Assembly (NCBI GenBank): GCA_964592525.1
Contig: CAZQFB010000005.1
Span: forward strand, 1 to 58,687
Reading direction: 5' to 3'
DNA from: an uncultured Candidatus Saccharibacteria bacterium
GTDB taxonomy: Bacteria; Patescibacteriota; WWE3; CAZQFB01
DNA: 58,687 nucleotides
Both the position numbers and the translations under genes were made by a program. Below are positions 40,216 through 49,557 of the stretch, one piece after another. The notes beneath the pieces are model-generated. The model made no database searches and was not told the DNA's origin. It saw only the letters and a list, made by a program, of their open reading frames with translations. Numbering within the stretch: the stretch's first letter is position 1; the number at the start of each line of letters is the position of its first letter.

Positions 40216-40848
40216 TTAGTTAGAAAGTATTTTCACAAGTTCAACTGGTGAGTCAATAATCCAATCGGGTTGTTCCTTTTCCAGCAGAGTTCGTGAGTTG
40301 TATCCCCAAGTAACAGCTACTACCTTCACTCCTACTTTATGTGCACTAATAACATCTCGCACTTCGTCACCAACATAAATCATTTCAGACGTGCTCAAAT
40401 TATTACTTTCCAAGATGTTTTGAATTAAGGTTTCTTTTTCGAAGAAAGTATCATCTTGATAGACAAAATCAAATATTTCCAGAGCGTTTTTACGAAGGTA
40501 GCTTTCAATGGTGGCTTTTGCATTTGAGGAAAGGATGCCTAGTTGATAATTTGTATTTAGGGTGTTAAGGGCTTCCGTCATACCTTCAACCACCGGAAGG
40601 TCTTGTATTTTAGTGGCCATATTAGCTTGAAGCCGGGGGAGCATTATTTTCAAAGTATCCCCTGTCACACCTAGCTGATGTAAGTAAGCACCTATGCCCG
40701 CTGTCCTCGCAATTTCTAAATCCTCATCGGTTACCGCGCGGTAACGATAATCGGTACGAACTTCATTCCAAACCTTTTTAAGGAGAATGAAAGAATTGGT
40801 AACCACCCCATCAAAATCAAACAGCACCAATTTAATTTTGCTAGTCAT
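40216..40848 (-). CDS. HAD-family hydrolase (phosphoglycolate phosphatase-like)
   Basis: LFDFDGVV motif I, ILSSN, YVGDEVRD, VTWGYN. Confidence 0.9.
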   Translation of the reverse strand: MTSKIKLVLFDFDGVVTNSFILLKKVWNEVRTDYRYRAVTDEDLEIARTAGIGAYLHQLGVTGDTLKIMLPRLQANMATKIQDLPVVEGMTEALNTLNTNYQLGILSSNAKATIESYLRKNALEIFDFVYQDDTFFEKETLIQNILESNNLSTSEMIYVGDEVRDVISAHKVGVKVVAVTWGYNSRTLLEKEQPDWIIDSPVELVKILSN

Positions 40849-41081
40849 CAACCGCTAATGCTATCACATCAATGTAATTTTAGGTTTTACCTGATTACTC
40901 GGTTATTAAGTAGAAAGGAACAAAATATAATCTTTTGTTATCAGCTTCACCGACTCATAAACATTGTGCATCTGCGCTGTAATTTCTTTTTCTGGTTAGG
41001 AAAAACTTATCAAACCCAACAAACAAACATTATTGGGTTTTAATCGTGGAAGTAAAAAATCAAACCTTTCGTGTTATTATA

Positions 41082-41102
41082 TTAATTAATTAACTGGATT
41101 AA
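41082..41102. repeat. 21-bp direct repeat, copy 1 (putative operator)
   Basis: TTAATTAATTAACTGGATTAA, identical to 41623-41643. Confidence 0.9.
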
Positions 41103-41108
41103 TACAGA

Positions 41109-41552
41109 ATGACAAGAATATCTTCTCGAAAACTAAACCCCTATATTCAAGAAAAGGTTCAGGAAATGTTTTGGCATGCCATCGCCTCTACCAAAAATGA
41201 GGCGGAAGCAAAAGACCTCATTAAAGATCTCCTAACCACCACCGAGATGGTTATGCTCTCTAAAAGAGTAGCTGTTGCTTATCTCTTAAATAAAGGTGTT
41301 TCCTTTGAAGAAGTTGGCGAAATAATGAAAGTTAGCACCACAACCGTAGGTGCTGTTGCTTTAAGAATTAAAAACAAAGAGAAGGGTTTATCTAAATTTG
41401 TTTTCAAACTTGAAAAAAGAAGGGGTAAGGAAAAAACTATTGAAGAAATATTAGATATCTTTTCGCACCCACTTCTCTTTCCAGGATTAAATTGGAGTCG
41501 AATCCAGAAAGAAAGATTTAAACGTAAAATGGAACGACAAGAACCATTTTAA
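41109..41552 (+). CDS. TrpR-like / YerC-YecD family HTH protein
   Basis: DLLTTTEMVMLSKRVAVAYLLNKGVSFEEVGEIMKVSTTTV, matching the TrpR-family LLT..E...L..R...A.LL..G...HTH pattern. Confidence 0.85.
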   Translation: MTRISSRKLNPYIQEKVQEMFWHAIASTKNEAEAKDLIKDLLTTTEMVMLSKRVAVAYLLNKGVSFEEVGEIMKVSTTTVGAVALRIKNKEKGLSKFVFKLEKRRGKEKTIEEILDIFSHPLLFPGLNWSRIQKERFKRKMERQEPF

Positions 41553-41610
41553 CTTCACCAAAATTTATTAAGCTACTAACCAAGCTAAAGAAAGACCTAA
41601 GTAACCACAC

Positions 41611-41646
41611 CACTTAATCCAGTTAATTAATTAACTGGATTAAGTG
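41611..41646. repeat. perfect 36-bp palindrome containing direct repeat copy 2
   Basis: CACTTAATCCAGTTAATT|AATTAACTGGATTAAGTG is its own reverse complement. Confidence 0.95.
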
Positions 41647-41979
41647 TAAGTGTGGGGGTGGGGGTAGGTGTATATGAAAGGAAGAGAAATAAGATTCAAG
41701 AGAGAACCTAAAAAACGGGAAAAGTTAACAGCCGCCAGCAAGAAACATAAAGGGTATTTATTTTTCCAGGTGCATAATTAATTTCTGCACAAAACGATTA
41801 AAAAAACCCAAACTAACTTAAATAACCAAAGCAATTTCCGGAATCTTTAATAAATTAACACACTACCTATCAGACTAAATTTGGAGGGGTAAGGCCCTAC
41901 TGCAAGTTAGACAAGCTTTAAGTAATCGCACTAATAAGAATGCTAGTACCTTGTCAGGAAGTTAAACTACTAAAGCTGA

Positions 41980-42954
41980 TTAGAGGCTTAAACTTGGGTT
42001 GGTCTTAATATGTTCCCAAGAGACGACATTTTGGTTGAAATAAGCACAGGAAGCAATATATGCAGCATTATCTGTACACAGTGCAACCGGAGGAATACAC
42101 AGTTTATACTTATTTACCGCATATTCACCTAGCATTTCCCGCAGCCTTTGGTTAGCTGCAACCCCTCCCGCTAAAAGAATTGTGTTCGCCCCCTTTTCTT
42201 TTACCGCAGAAAGTGTCTTTTTAACTAATACTTCTGCTACCGCCTCCTGGAAAGAAGCGGCCACATCGGCAATATTTGCTCTGGGGTTTTCCTGAATATA
42301 AGTACGGACTGCCGTTTTAAGACCAGAAAAAGAAAAATCAAAATCAGCACTCCCCAACATTGGACGGGGAAAGTCAATGGCGTTGCGCTTGCCTTCTAAA
42401 GCCGTTTCCTGGATAGAGGGACCGCCAGGATAAGGTAGGTCCAACAATCTCGCCACTTTATCAAAAGCTTCACCAGCAGCATCATCCCTAGTGCCACCCA
42501 ACCATTCATAATCACCGTGATCTCGCAGATATACTAATTCGGTATGACCACCAGAGACAATTAAAGCCACAGCTGGTAATACGGGCTGTGATTCTGTTAA
42601 CCAATTAGCATAGAGATGGGCTAAGAGGTGATTTACTGCCAACAAAGGTTTTTGCCAGACATAAGATAAAACACGAGCAGTCTCTACCCCGATTAAGAGA
42701 GAGCCAATCAAGCCCGGACCTACAGTTACAGCAAAAGCAGCTAGTTCAACCCCTACTTGTGTTTTCATAACGGCTGATAAAACGGGGATGATTTCCTCAA
42801 TTTGCGCTCGCGCGGCTACCTCGGGCACAATGCCTTGGGTTTGTTGGTGTAAGGATTGAGAAGAAAATACGGTGGAGGAGCATAGTCTAACCCCATTTTC
42901 AACCACTGCCACCGCCGTTTCGTCGCAGGAAGATTCTATACCTAGTATTTTCAT
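41980..42954 (-). CDS. tsaD: tRNA N6-adenosine threonylcarbamoyltransferase TsaD
   Basis: ILGIESSCDETA, GPGLIGSL, VNHLLAH, TRDDAAGEAFDKVAR, FSFSGLKTA, CTDNAA. Confidence 0.98.
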   Translation of the reverse strand: MKILGIESSCDETAVAVVENGVRLCSSTVFSSQSLHQQTQGIVPEVAARAQIEEIIPVLSAVMKTQVGVELAAFAVTVGPGLIGSLLIGVETARVLSYVWQKPLLAVNHLLAHLYANWLTESQPVLPAVALIVSGGHTELVYLRDHGDYEWLGGTRDDAAGEAFDKVARLLDLPYPGGPSIQETALEGKRNAIDFPRPMLGSADFDFSFSGLKTAVRTYIQENPRANIADVAASFQEAVAEVLVKKTLSAVKEKGANTILLAGGVAANQRLREMLGEYAVNKYKLCIPPVALCTDNAAYIASCAYFNQNVVSWEHIKTNPSLSL

Positions 42955-44303
42955 TTAAGAGGGGCGATACCGTTACGTTTAATTAAATCCTGTAAGGTTT
43001 TTTGGGCTGTCGTTAAAGCTATTTGAGAATCACCACCATTTTCAATCACATTATTGATAATTTCCACATAGGGGTAATTACCTGCATAATCGGTAATGAA
43101 CCAGGTTACTGCGGTGGGAGCTCCCTGAACCAAAGGTCGTAAGTACTTATGCTCCGACAAATTAACCGCCATATCTTTACGGGGGTAAGGCTCACCAAAA
43201 GATCGTACTGATTCAGCCAGAGAAAAAAACTTCAACTGTGCTTCACGACTACTTAGATATTTAATAAAATCCCAAGCTACTTCAGGATATGCTGAATCCT
43301 TAGATACCGTTTCCATCCAAAAATTAGCCCAATTAACTGTTTGATCGGTGGTTGATGGCGGTTGCGGTACTGCTGTCGCACGCATATTTAAACCAGGATT
43401 CAAGTCTTGAATATCATGCAACCACCAGGAAGGTACAAATATCATTGCCACCTGTCCATTGATAAATGCATCCACCGAAGATTTAAAAGACCGATCCCAA
43501 ACTTGATCCTCTGTATAAAAACTACGGTAAACATCCAAGGCGTCGGCTGCACTTTGAGAAGATAGCTCCTCTAAAGTATCCACCCCCACCTGTGCCATCA
43601 TCAAACCCAAGATATCACTGGCATGGGGGATGTTTTGGCTTAGGCCAATCGCCGCCCCAGCCTGGATAATTTTTCCGGTAGCTGGTTTGCGCAAAGCTTT
43701 GGCTAATTCCGAAAACTCTAGCCACGTTAATTTATCCCCATATCCCGGAACAGCTACCCCAGCCTCATTGAAAAGATCAACATTAACCAATAACAACAAG
43801 CCTTCATACATCAAGGGTATCCCATAAAGATTATCTTTCAAATTAGCCTGGGCATAAGCTACGGGGTAATAGTTACTAGCGTATTCCTCGTTGTTCATAA
43901 CACTAGCAGGCAGTGGTGTTAATTCAGAAGAAAATTGGTACAACCAAGTGGAATGAACGCGCATAATATCCGGACCGGTATCACTACGTAAGCGGCTTAA
44001 TAATAATTCCCGGTGGTTATCCCAATGTTTCCTGGGGTCCCTCTCGGGACTATTGGAATACCTTTGTTCATAAGTGATTGTTAAAGTTGAGCCGGGATTT
44101 TGCTCTTCAAACAAGGAAACGTAATCGGAAATTAAAGGCGCCATAAATTCTTCCGATTCAAAAATACCCCAGTAAGTTAAATTGATATCCCTGACCTCTG
44201 GTTTTTTTTCTCGCTGTAAAAATTTAACTACTAATAACACAGCCAAAATCACAATCAGCACTAGCGGGATGATGATCAATAGATATTTTATTTTTTCACG
44301 CAT
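42951..44303 (-). CDS. membrane-anchored sugar ABC-type extracellular solute-binding protein
   Basis: N-terminal TM, LTYWG, GPDI, YGIPL...LLLVNVDLF.EAG, F.NGQVAMIF, AWDFIKYL. Confidence 0.88.
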   Translation of the reverse strand: MREKIKYLLIIIPLVLIVILAVLLVVKFLQREKKPEVRDINLTYWGIFESEEFMAPLISDYVSLFEEQNPGSTLTITYEQRYSNSPERDPRKHWDNHRELLLSRLRSDTGPDIMRVHSTWLYQFSSELTPLPASVMNNEEYASNYYPVAYAQANLKDNLYGIPLMYEGLLLLVNVDLFNEAGVAVPGYGDKLTWLEFSELAKALRKPATGKIIQAGAAIGLSQNIPHASDILGLMMAQVGVDTLEELSSQSAADALDVYRSFYTEDQVWDRSFKSSVDAFINGQVAMIFVPSWWLHDIQDLNPGLNMRATAVPQPPSTTDQTVNWANFWMETVSKDSAYPEVAWDFIKYLSSREAQLKFFSLAESVRSFGEPYPRKDMAVNLSEHKYLRPLVQGAPTAVTWFITDYAGNYPYVEIINNVIENGGDSQIALTTAQKTLQDLIKRNGIAPLK

Positions 44304-44309
44304 TATTTA

Positions 44310-45620
44310 TTAGTTTACACCACCAACGCTTTTATTAAACTCGGCTTGCGCCAAGCCAAACACTAAAAACATAAGCAGCAACCCTTGATTTAGAGATATT
44401 AAGTAATGATCAAACAAACCAATAATACTTATAGTTAATAAACTAAGAACCCCTACTTTAGTATACAGAGTACGTTGCCAAAAAAAACTCTGACCCACAG
44501 GTAATAAAAATAGCACCAGAATGAGCAAAGCCGTGACACCCCCCTCTGCACCCAGCAATAAATAGACCGAATGAACTGGTTGGGTAGAACGATAAACCTG
44601 AAAAGAATCACTATATTGCTGGGCAGCAAAAATGTAATTATTCAGGCCTATTCCTAATAAAGGTTCTTTTTTGATTAACGACAAAGCAGTGGTATAAGAA
44701 GAAAGTCTTTCGGTGACTGATGGGGTATTAAGCATCGCTAAGCCACCAGTCACCTGTAGGAGTATTATTAGCAGTAAAGGCGTTGCCCAAGCAGGGTATC
44801 TGCTTTTAGGGCGGGTTCTAAACATAAAGTAAACAAACAAAGAACCAAGCAAGGCGATAAGCGCCGAACGACTCATTGTTAATATTAAAGTAAGGCTTCC
44901 CAAAAACAGGGTCAATAAATACCAATAGCGCCAGAGCTTTTTTTTCTCAAGCCCCAACGAAAAATAAATTACTAACCAAGAAACTGCCAAAAAACCGGCC
45001 AACACATTGGGGTGGGGAGTAGTACCATAAGCCCTAATTAACGTCGTGTTAAAAAAAACACCTTTAGCGATACCAGCTGAATTGGCTAAAACAGTTTCAC
45101 CAAAAGGAAGATAGCCGAAAACTGACTGTTGCTGCACAACCTGGTAAATACCAAAGAGAGCTTGGCTAAACACTCCCACCGACAAGCCTTTAACCACAAC
45201 AGGGTAGGTACAAGATTTTAAGTGAAAAAGTAACCATAAAAACAGTAAGTATCCTTTAAACCATAACAACCATCCCCACCAAGCAGAAGAGCGGTTTATA
45301 ACTCCTAAATTTGGCATCAATATGATTAACAAAGTCAGTAACAGCACCGATTCTCTGTGACAAACTAATTGCCTAAATTTATCCCGAGCTGCTTTGTCTT
45401 GGTATAGCTCAAGCCCCCAGAAAAACAATACCCCCAGTAAAAACAAGTCCGTTAGGTAAAAGGTCGGTAGGTAATAATTGACCAAATAGCCATAAACATA
45501 AGAGTAAGGTTGGGGTAAGTGCCAGCCTAAATTACCAGGTAAAAATACTAACCATAAAAAAAACAGGGCTAATTGGCTGTTAATAATTTTTTGAGCGCGC
45601 GATTTCGTATGCTTTAGCAT
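44310..45620 (-). CDS. O-antigen ligase / Wzy_C family membrane protein
   Basis: Multi-TM protein, RAYGTTPHPNVLAGFL, TMSRSA, GIGLNNY, PVHSVYLL. Start uncertain. Confidence 0.85.
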   Translation of the reverse strand: MLKHTKSRAQKIINSQLALFFLWLVFLPGNLGWHLPQPYSYVYGYLVNYYLPTFYLTDLFLLGVLFFWGLELYQDKAARDKFRQLVCHRESVLLLTLLIILMPNLGVINRSSAWWGWLLWFKGYLLFLWLLFHLKSCTYPVVVKGLSVGVFSQALFGIYQVVQQQSVFGYLPFGETVLANSAGIAKGVFFNTTLIRAYGTTPHPNVLAGFLAVSWLVIYFSLGLEKKKLWRYWYLLTLFLGSLTLILTMSRSALIALLGSLFVYFMFRTRPKSRYPAWATPLLLIILLQVTGGLAMLNTPSVTERLSSYTTALSLIKKEPLLGIGLNNYIFAAQQYSDSFQVYRSTQPVHSVYLLLGAEGGVTALLILVLFLLPVGQSFFWQRTLYTKVGVLSLLTISIIGLFDHYLISLNQGLLLMFLVFGLAQAEFNKSVGGVN

Positions 45621-46329
45621 GGGCCCTCCAAGCCGTCTCATCATCCAACCCACTTAAAGTGTCCACCTTATAGTGGCGTTGTAAGGCTTTAAGTAACAAG
45701 TAATCTGTTAGATGGGGGTTTTTCGGCAACAACGGACCATGAAGATAAGTACCCAGAGTATTGTGCAGCACAATACCTTCTGTCCCATCTTCCCCGTTAT
45801 TACCAAAGCCCCATGCCACTTTAGACAAAGGTTGTGCCTTGTGACCTAAATAAGAACGCCCCCCATGATTTTCAAAACCTACTAAAGTAGCTCTTTTTAA
45901 ACCAGCTAAAAATAGCTGTTTAGCAGCAAAGTTACCAATTAAGCGTGGTTTATCTGCACCAGGATGAATGGTATGTAAATCAAAAATGCCCAAGCCTGGA
46001 ATTCTTTCCCCTGCTTCTAACTGGTAATAGTGACCAAGAAGTTGATAGCCTGCACAGATAAATAAACATGGTAAACCTTCGTTAATCGCTTCTGCTAATA
46101 GGTTTTTTTTGCTGTGTAAATCCTCCACAACTAATTTTTGCTGTCGATCTTGAGCACCACCCATAAAAATTAAGTCATACTCGGTGGGAAATTTATCAGC
46201 TATGGAAATGTTATGTACCTGCACAGAAATACCCCTATCCTGTGCTCTTTTAACTAAAGCTAACACATTACCACGATCACCATAAGTATTCATTAAATCT
46301 GGATATAACCAAACAAGATTAAGCTTCAT
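45580..46329 (-). CDS. gatD: lipid II isoglutaminyl synthase glutaminase subunit (CobQ-like)
   Basis: LYPDLMNTYGDRGN, ICAGYQLLG, GFENHGG, TYLHGPLLPKNP. Adjacent to murT. Confidence 0.92.
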   Translation of the reverse strand: MKLNLVWLYPDLMNTYGDRGNVLALVKRAQDRGISVQVHNISIADKFPTEYDLIFMGGAQDRQQKLVVEDLHSKKNLLAEAINEGLPCLFICAGYQLLGHYYQLEAGERIPGLGIFDLHTIHPGADKPRLIGNFAAKQLFLAGLKRATLVGFENHGGRSYLGHKAQPLSKVAWGFGNNGEDGTEGIVLHNTLGTYLHGPLLPKNPHLTDYLLLKALQRHYKVDTLSGLDDETAWRAHAKAYEIARSKNY

Positions 46330-47615
46330 AAGAGGGCTCTCCCCTGGACTAGCTTTCTAATAGCTAACATCGCAGAATAAGTTGCTAGTATCGGTATTTT
46401 TTGAGCAGGGTTCTGTTGTAATGTTTTGAGTAGCATGGAATAATCCTCAATTACTTGCTCCTTTAAAACCTTACAATCTAGGGCATATTCCACTCTCAAA
46501 GCCAAATCCCAAGCCCTAGTACCAGTGATATAAATGTGTTTATAGGAAGCTAAAAAATGTTCAAAATCAACATCCCACAGCCAAGAAACATCCCGGCCAT
46601 CCGGAATATTATCATTAAGGGCTAGCACTAAAACTTGAGGTTGGTACTCTAAAGCAGCAATTGTCGCTAAGGTTTCATTAAACCCAGTGGGATTTTTACT
46701 CAAAAATACATGTAGCTGTTTAGACCCCCAAGTTAAAATTTCTCCGCGACCAAAAACTGGCTGAAAATTAACCAACGCTGGGGTGATTGTCTTTTGGCTA
46801 TAGCCTAATTCCTGCAAAGCTAAGTAAGCTCCTGCGAGATTAGATTCATTAAATAAGCCCACTAAAGTATGTGGCATTTGACCTGCTTCTTGAGCTAGCT
46901 TGGGTCTAGTCAACTGACAGTAAGAACAGTACCAATCACCTAGATGGGCATAGTGAATCTGACGATAGTTTAGTTTTTGACCACAACGAGGACACCAATC
47001 ACTATCAGGTACATGGCGGTGGTTAGCGACTATCTTTTTGGTACCGATACCAAAATAGCAGACCTGATGTTTAGTGTTAATCCCCAAATAAGCTATGGCG
47101 GGATCCTCCCCATTTAAGATTAGCTTTGTCGGGCTTATTTTTGACAACGCTTCTTGCCACTTGTTGATTATTATTTCCACCTCGCCATATCTATCTAACT
47201 GATCTCTAAAAAGATTGAGAAGCAAAATAATCTTTGGTTTAAATTGCTTTAAAATTAATGGTAAGACATTTTCATCCACCTCAAGTACTGCCACATCAAC
47301 CACTAAACGTCCTCGCCAATCACAGTGCTTAATAATAGCTGATGCTATACCATTTAATAAATTGGCCCCACTAGGATTAGCCAATACCCTTAATTTTTGT
47401 TGGGTTAGAACATGAGTAATAATCGACGCCGTGGTGGTTTTACCATTAGTACCAGAGATAATTACCACACCCCCTGGGAGGTCTTTCAATTTTTTGGCTA
47501 TAAAGTGAGCATCTAGTAACAACACTAAGTGACCAGGCCAAGTACCACCAGAACCGAGATTCAAATAAGTAGCACTAAATTTAACGATTTTAGCCAACCA
47601 AAAAATCAATAACAC
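46326..47615 (-). CDS. murT: lipid II isoglutaminyl synthase Mur-ligase subunit (DUF1727)
   Basis: SGTNGKTTT, GANLLNG, NLFRDQLDRYGE, Zn ribbon CPRC...CSYC, DGRDVSWLWDVDFE, ATYSAML. GTG start. Confidence 0.93.
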   Translation of the reverse strand: MLLIFWLAKIVKFSATYLNLGSGGTWPGHLVLLLDAHFIAKKLKDLPGGVVIISGTNGKTTTASIITHVLTQQKLRVLANPSGANLLNGIASAIIKHCDWRGRLVVDVAVLEVDENVLPLILKQFKPKIILLLNLFRDQLDRYGEVEIIINKWQEALSKISPTKLILNGEDPAIAYLGINTKHQVCYFGIGTKKIVANHRHVPDSDWCPRCGQKLNYRQIHYAHLGDWYCSYCQLTRPKLAQEAGQMPHTLVGLFNESNLAGAYLALQELGYSQKTITPALVNFQPVFGRGEILTWGSKQLHVFLSKNPTGFNETLATIAALEYQPQVLVLALNDNIPDGRDVSWLWDVDFEHFLASYKHIYITGTRAWDLALRVEYALDCKVLKEQVIEDYSMLLKTLQQNPAQKIPILATYSAMLAIRKLVQGRALL

Positions 47616-47654
47616 ATCGGGATTATAACAACAACTAAACTTATAAGTATTAAA

Positions 47655-47906
47655 TAGAAGTAGTACTAGTAGTATAGGTGGATAAGGTGGATATCTCGTT
47701 TAAGTCCTAACTGACAACTAAAGCAGTTCATGCAATTGTGGGTAAACAGTAAGCTTTTAAGCTCAAGCTATTTTCGGTTAAGAAACCTTTTTTCGCCTTG
47801 TTTTAGGCTTTGATAATGGTGGATAACTGGGTTTTTTTGTGGGTAATCTTGTTGATATATTGACCTGTTATCAACATAACTTATAGTACTTTTTAGGTTA
47901 TACACA
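47655..47906. other. replication origin oriC (unwinding sub-region downstream of dnaA)
   Basis: DnaA boxes at 47677-85 (GGTGGATAA), 47686-94, 47737-45, 47818-26, 47838-46, 47868-76 and 47898-906 (TTATACACA). DnaA-trio run TAG AAG TAG TAC TAG TAG TAT (47655-75) lies next to tandem boxes. Strand G/C bias appears to flip here. Confidence 0.88.
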
Positions 47907-49253
47907 GACTTTTTCTTTGATAACGCTGATTTGTTTTTTTAGTAGTTCATCTTCGTGGCATTTATGGGTAATACTTCTAATGCCATGCATAATGGTAGTA
48001 TGGTCTCTGCCCCCCAGTACATCGCCAATGGCCATTAGAGGTAAATCTGTTAAATCGTTAATTAGATACATGGCGATTTGTCTGGGGTGGACAAAGTTTT
48101 TCTTACGGGAATTACCTTTTAAATCAGCTAAAGTGATTGAAAATATCTCACACACGTTTTTCATTATCTGTTGGGGTGTAACCAAAGTATTTCCTTTGTT
48201 CTGTATGGAATGCATCTGTAGTAGTTTAACGGCATCTTCTATGGTAATGGGTTGGTGTTGTGTTCTTTCGTAAGCCACAATTTGTTTATATGCTCCTTCC
48301 AGTTCGCGTACATTGGCTACGATATTATCAGCAATAAGGTTTCTGATTTCTGCGGTGAGCTGATGTTGGTATTGTTTTTCTTTGGCTTGGAGAATAGCCA
48401 GTCTTACTTCCGCGTCAGGGGCTTGCATATCAGCAATCATCCCAGCCGCAAATCGGGATCTTAAACGTTCTTCAATTCTTTGAATATCTTTGGGAGGTCG
48501 GTCCGAAGTAAAGACTATTTGCTTGTTAGCCATATAAAGAGAATTAAAGGTATTAAATAACTCTTCTTGGGTTGATTCTTTGCCAGCGATGGATTGAACG
48601 TCATCCACTAACAGTACGTCAGTATCCCGGAACCTTTTTTTAAATTGATGCTGTGTCCGGTTACGGATCGCGTCTACCAAATCATTCATGAAAGATTCCA
48701 TGGGCGTGTATAAAACCTGAATATTTTCATGCATTGCTCTGATTTGGTTACCAATGGCATGAAGCAGGTGGGTTTTACCCAAACCAACACCGCTGTGGAT
48801 GAAGAAGGGGTTGTACGAGCCCGGTTCTTCAGCGATACTAAGGGCTACTGCACTGGCAAGTTGATTATTACTACCCACAACAAAACTATCAAAGGTGTAA
48901 TGGCTATTAAGATTACTGGTATCTTTATTAGGTTTATTTTTCACAAGGGTGTTGGCAAAAATAGGACCTAATTCTGTATTATTTTCTGTTGTCTCTTCGC
49001 TAATGACACTGAAACACAACTCAATGGCTTCACCCATAATTTCTTCCAGACCTTCTTTGATAGGACCTTGAAATTTTTCTCTTAATCTTTGGGTGGTAAA
49101 AGGGTGGGGTGTTCCAACATTGATCCTGATAGGTTTATTAGTATGGTCAATACTCGTTATTTTAGTGTTGTGGAAAAAAGTGTTGAAATCAGTTGTTGGT
49201 ATTTTAAGCTGGATCTTTTCTAAGGTGGTTTTCCAAATTATGGCATTATTCAT
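47898..49253 (-). CDS. dnaA: chromosomal replication initiator DnaA
   Basis: YTFDSFVVGSNN, GVGLGKTHL, LLVDDVQ, RLRSRF, NVRELEGA, RQIAMYL, GGRDHTTIMH. Confidence 0.99.
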   Translation of the reverse strand: MNNAIIWKTTLEKIQLKIPTTDFNTFFHNTKITSIDHTNKPIRINVGTPHPFTTQRLREKFQGPIKEGLEEIMGEAIELCFSVISEETTENNTELGPIFANTLVKNKPNKDTSNLNSHYTFDSFVVGSNNQLASAVALSIAEEPGSYNPFFIHSGVGLGKTHLLHAIGNQIRAMHENIQVLYTPMESFMNDLVDAIRNRTQHQFKKRFRDTDVLLVDDVQSIAGKESTQEELFNTFNSLYMANKQIVFTSDRPPKDIQRIEERLRSRFAAGMIADMQAPDAEVRLAILQAKEKQYQHQLTAEIRNLIADNIVANVRELEGAYKQIVAYERTQHQPITIEDAVKLLQMHSIQNKGNTLVTPQQIMKNVCEIFSITLADLKGNSRKKNFVHPRQIAMYLINDLTDLPLMAIGDVLGGRDHTTIMHGIRSITHKCHEDELLKKQISVIKEKVCV

Positions 49254-49286
49254 GACTAACAGGTAGCAACAACCATATTAAAACAT

Positions 49287-49326
49287 TGTGGATAACTGTC
49301 AACAGCCCTCTTTTATTTGTGGATAA
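49287..49326. promoter_or_regulatory. two perfect DnaA boxes in the dnaA-rpmH divergent promoter region
   Basis: TGTGGATAA at 49287-49295 and 49318-49326, each followed by CTG. Confidence 0.85.
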
Positions 49327-49394
49327 CTGGGAAGAAAATTGACTATTCACGTGGATTCAATTACCATAAGCTCCGATATTACAAGAAGGTTTTA

Positions 49395-49556
49395 ATGAAA
49401 AGAACTTGGCAGCCAAAAAAACACAAAAGAATGAGAAAGCACGGTTTCTTGAAGCGGATGAAATCAGTTGGTGGGGTTAATGTTATCAAACGCCGTCGGA
49501 CTAAAGGTAGAAAAGTATTGGCAGTAAAAAGGACAAGTAAAGGGATAACGAAGTAA
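49395..49556 (+). CDS. rpmH: 50S ribosomal protein L34
   Basis: [22 protein letters not shown]...[10 protein letters not shown]. True ATG at 49395. Confidence 0.97.
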   Translation: MKRTWQPKKHKRMRKHGFLKRMKSVGGVNVIKRRRTKGRKVLAVKRTSKGITK

Positions 49557-49557
49557 G

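Noticed and set aside
40858-41043. 61-aa plus ORF and a minus-strand fragment (EKEITAQMHNVYESVKLITKDYIL) in the HAD/TrpR gap; 8-bp inverted repeat 41012-41040
   Set aside because: No recognisable family and no start or RBS support. The inverted repeat is short and AT-rich.
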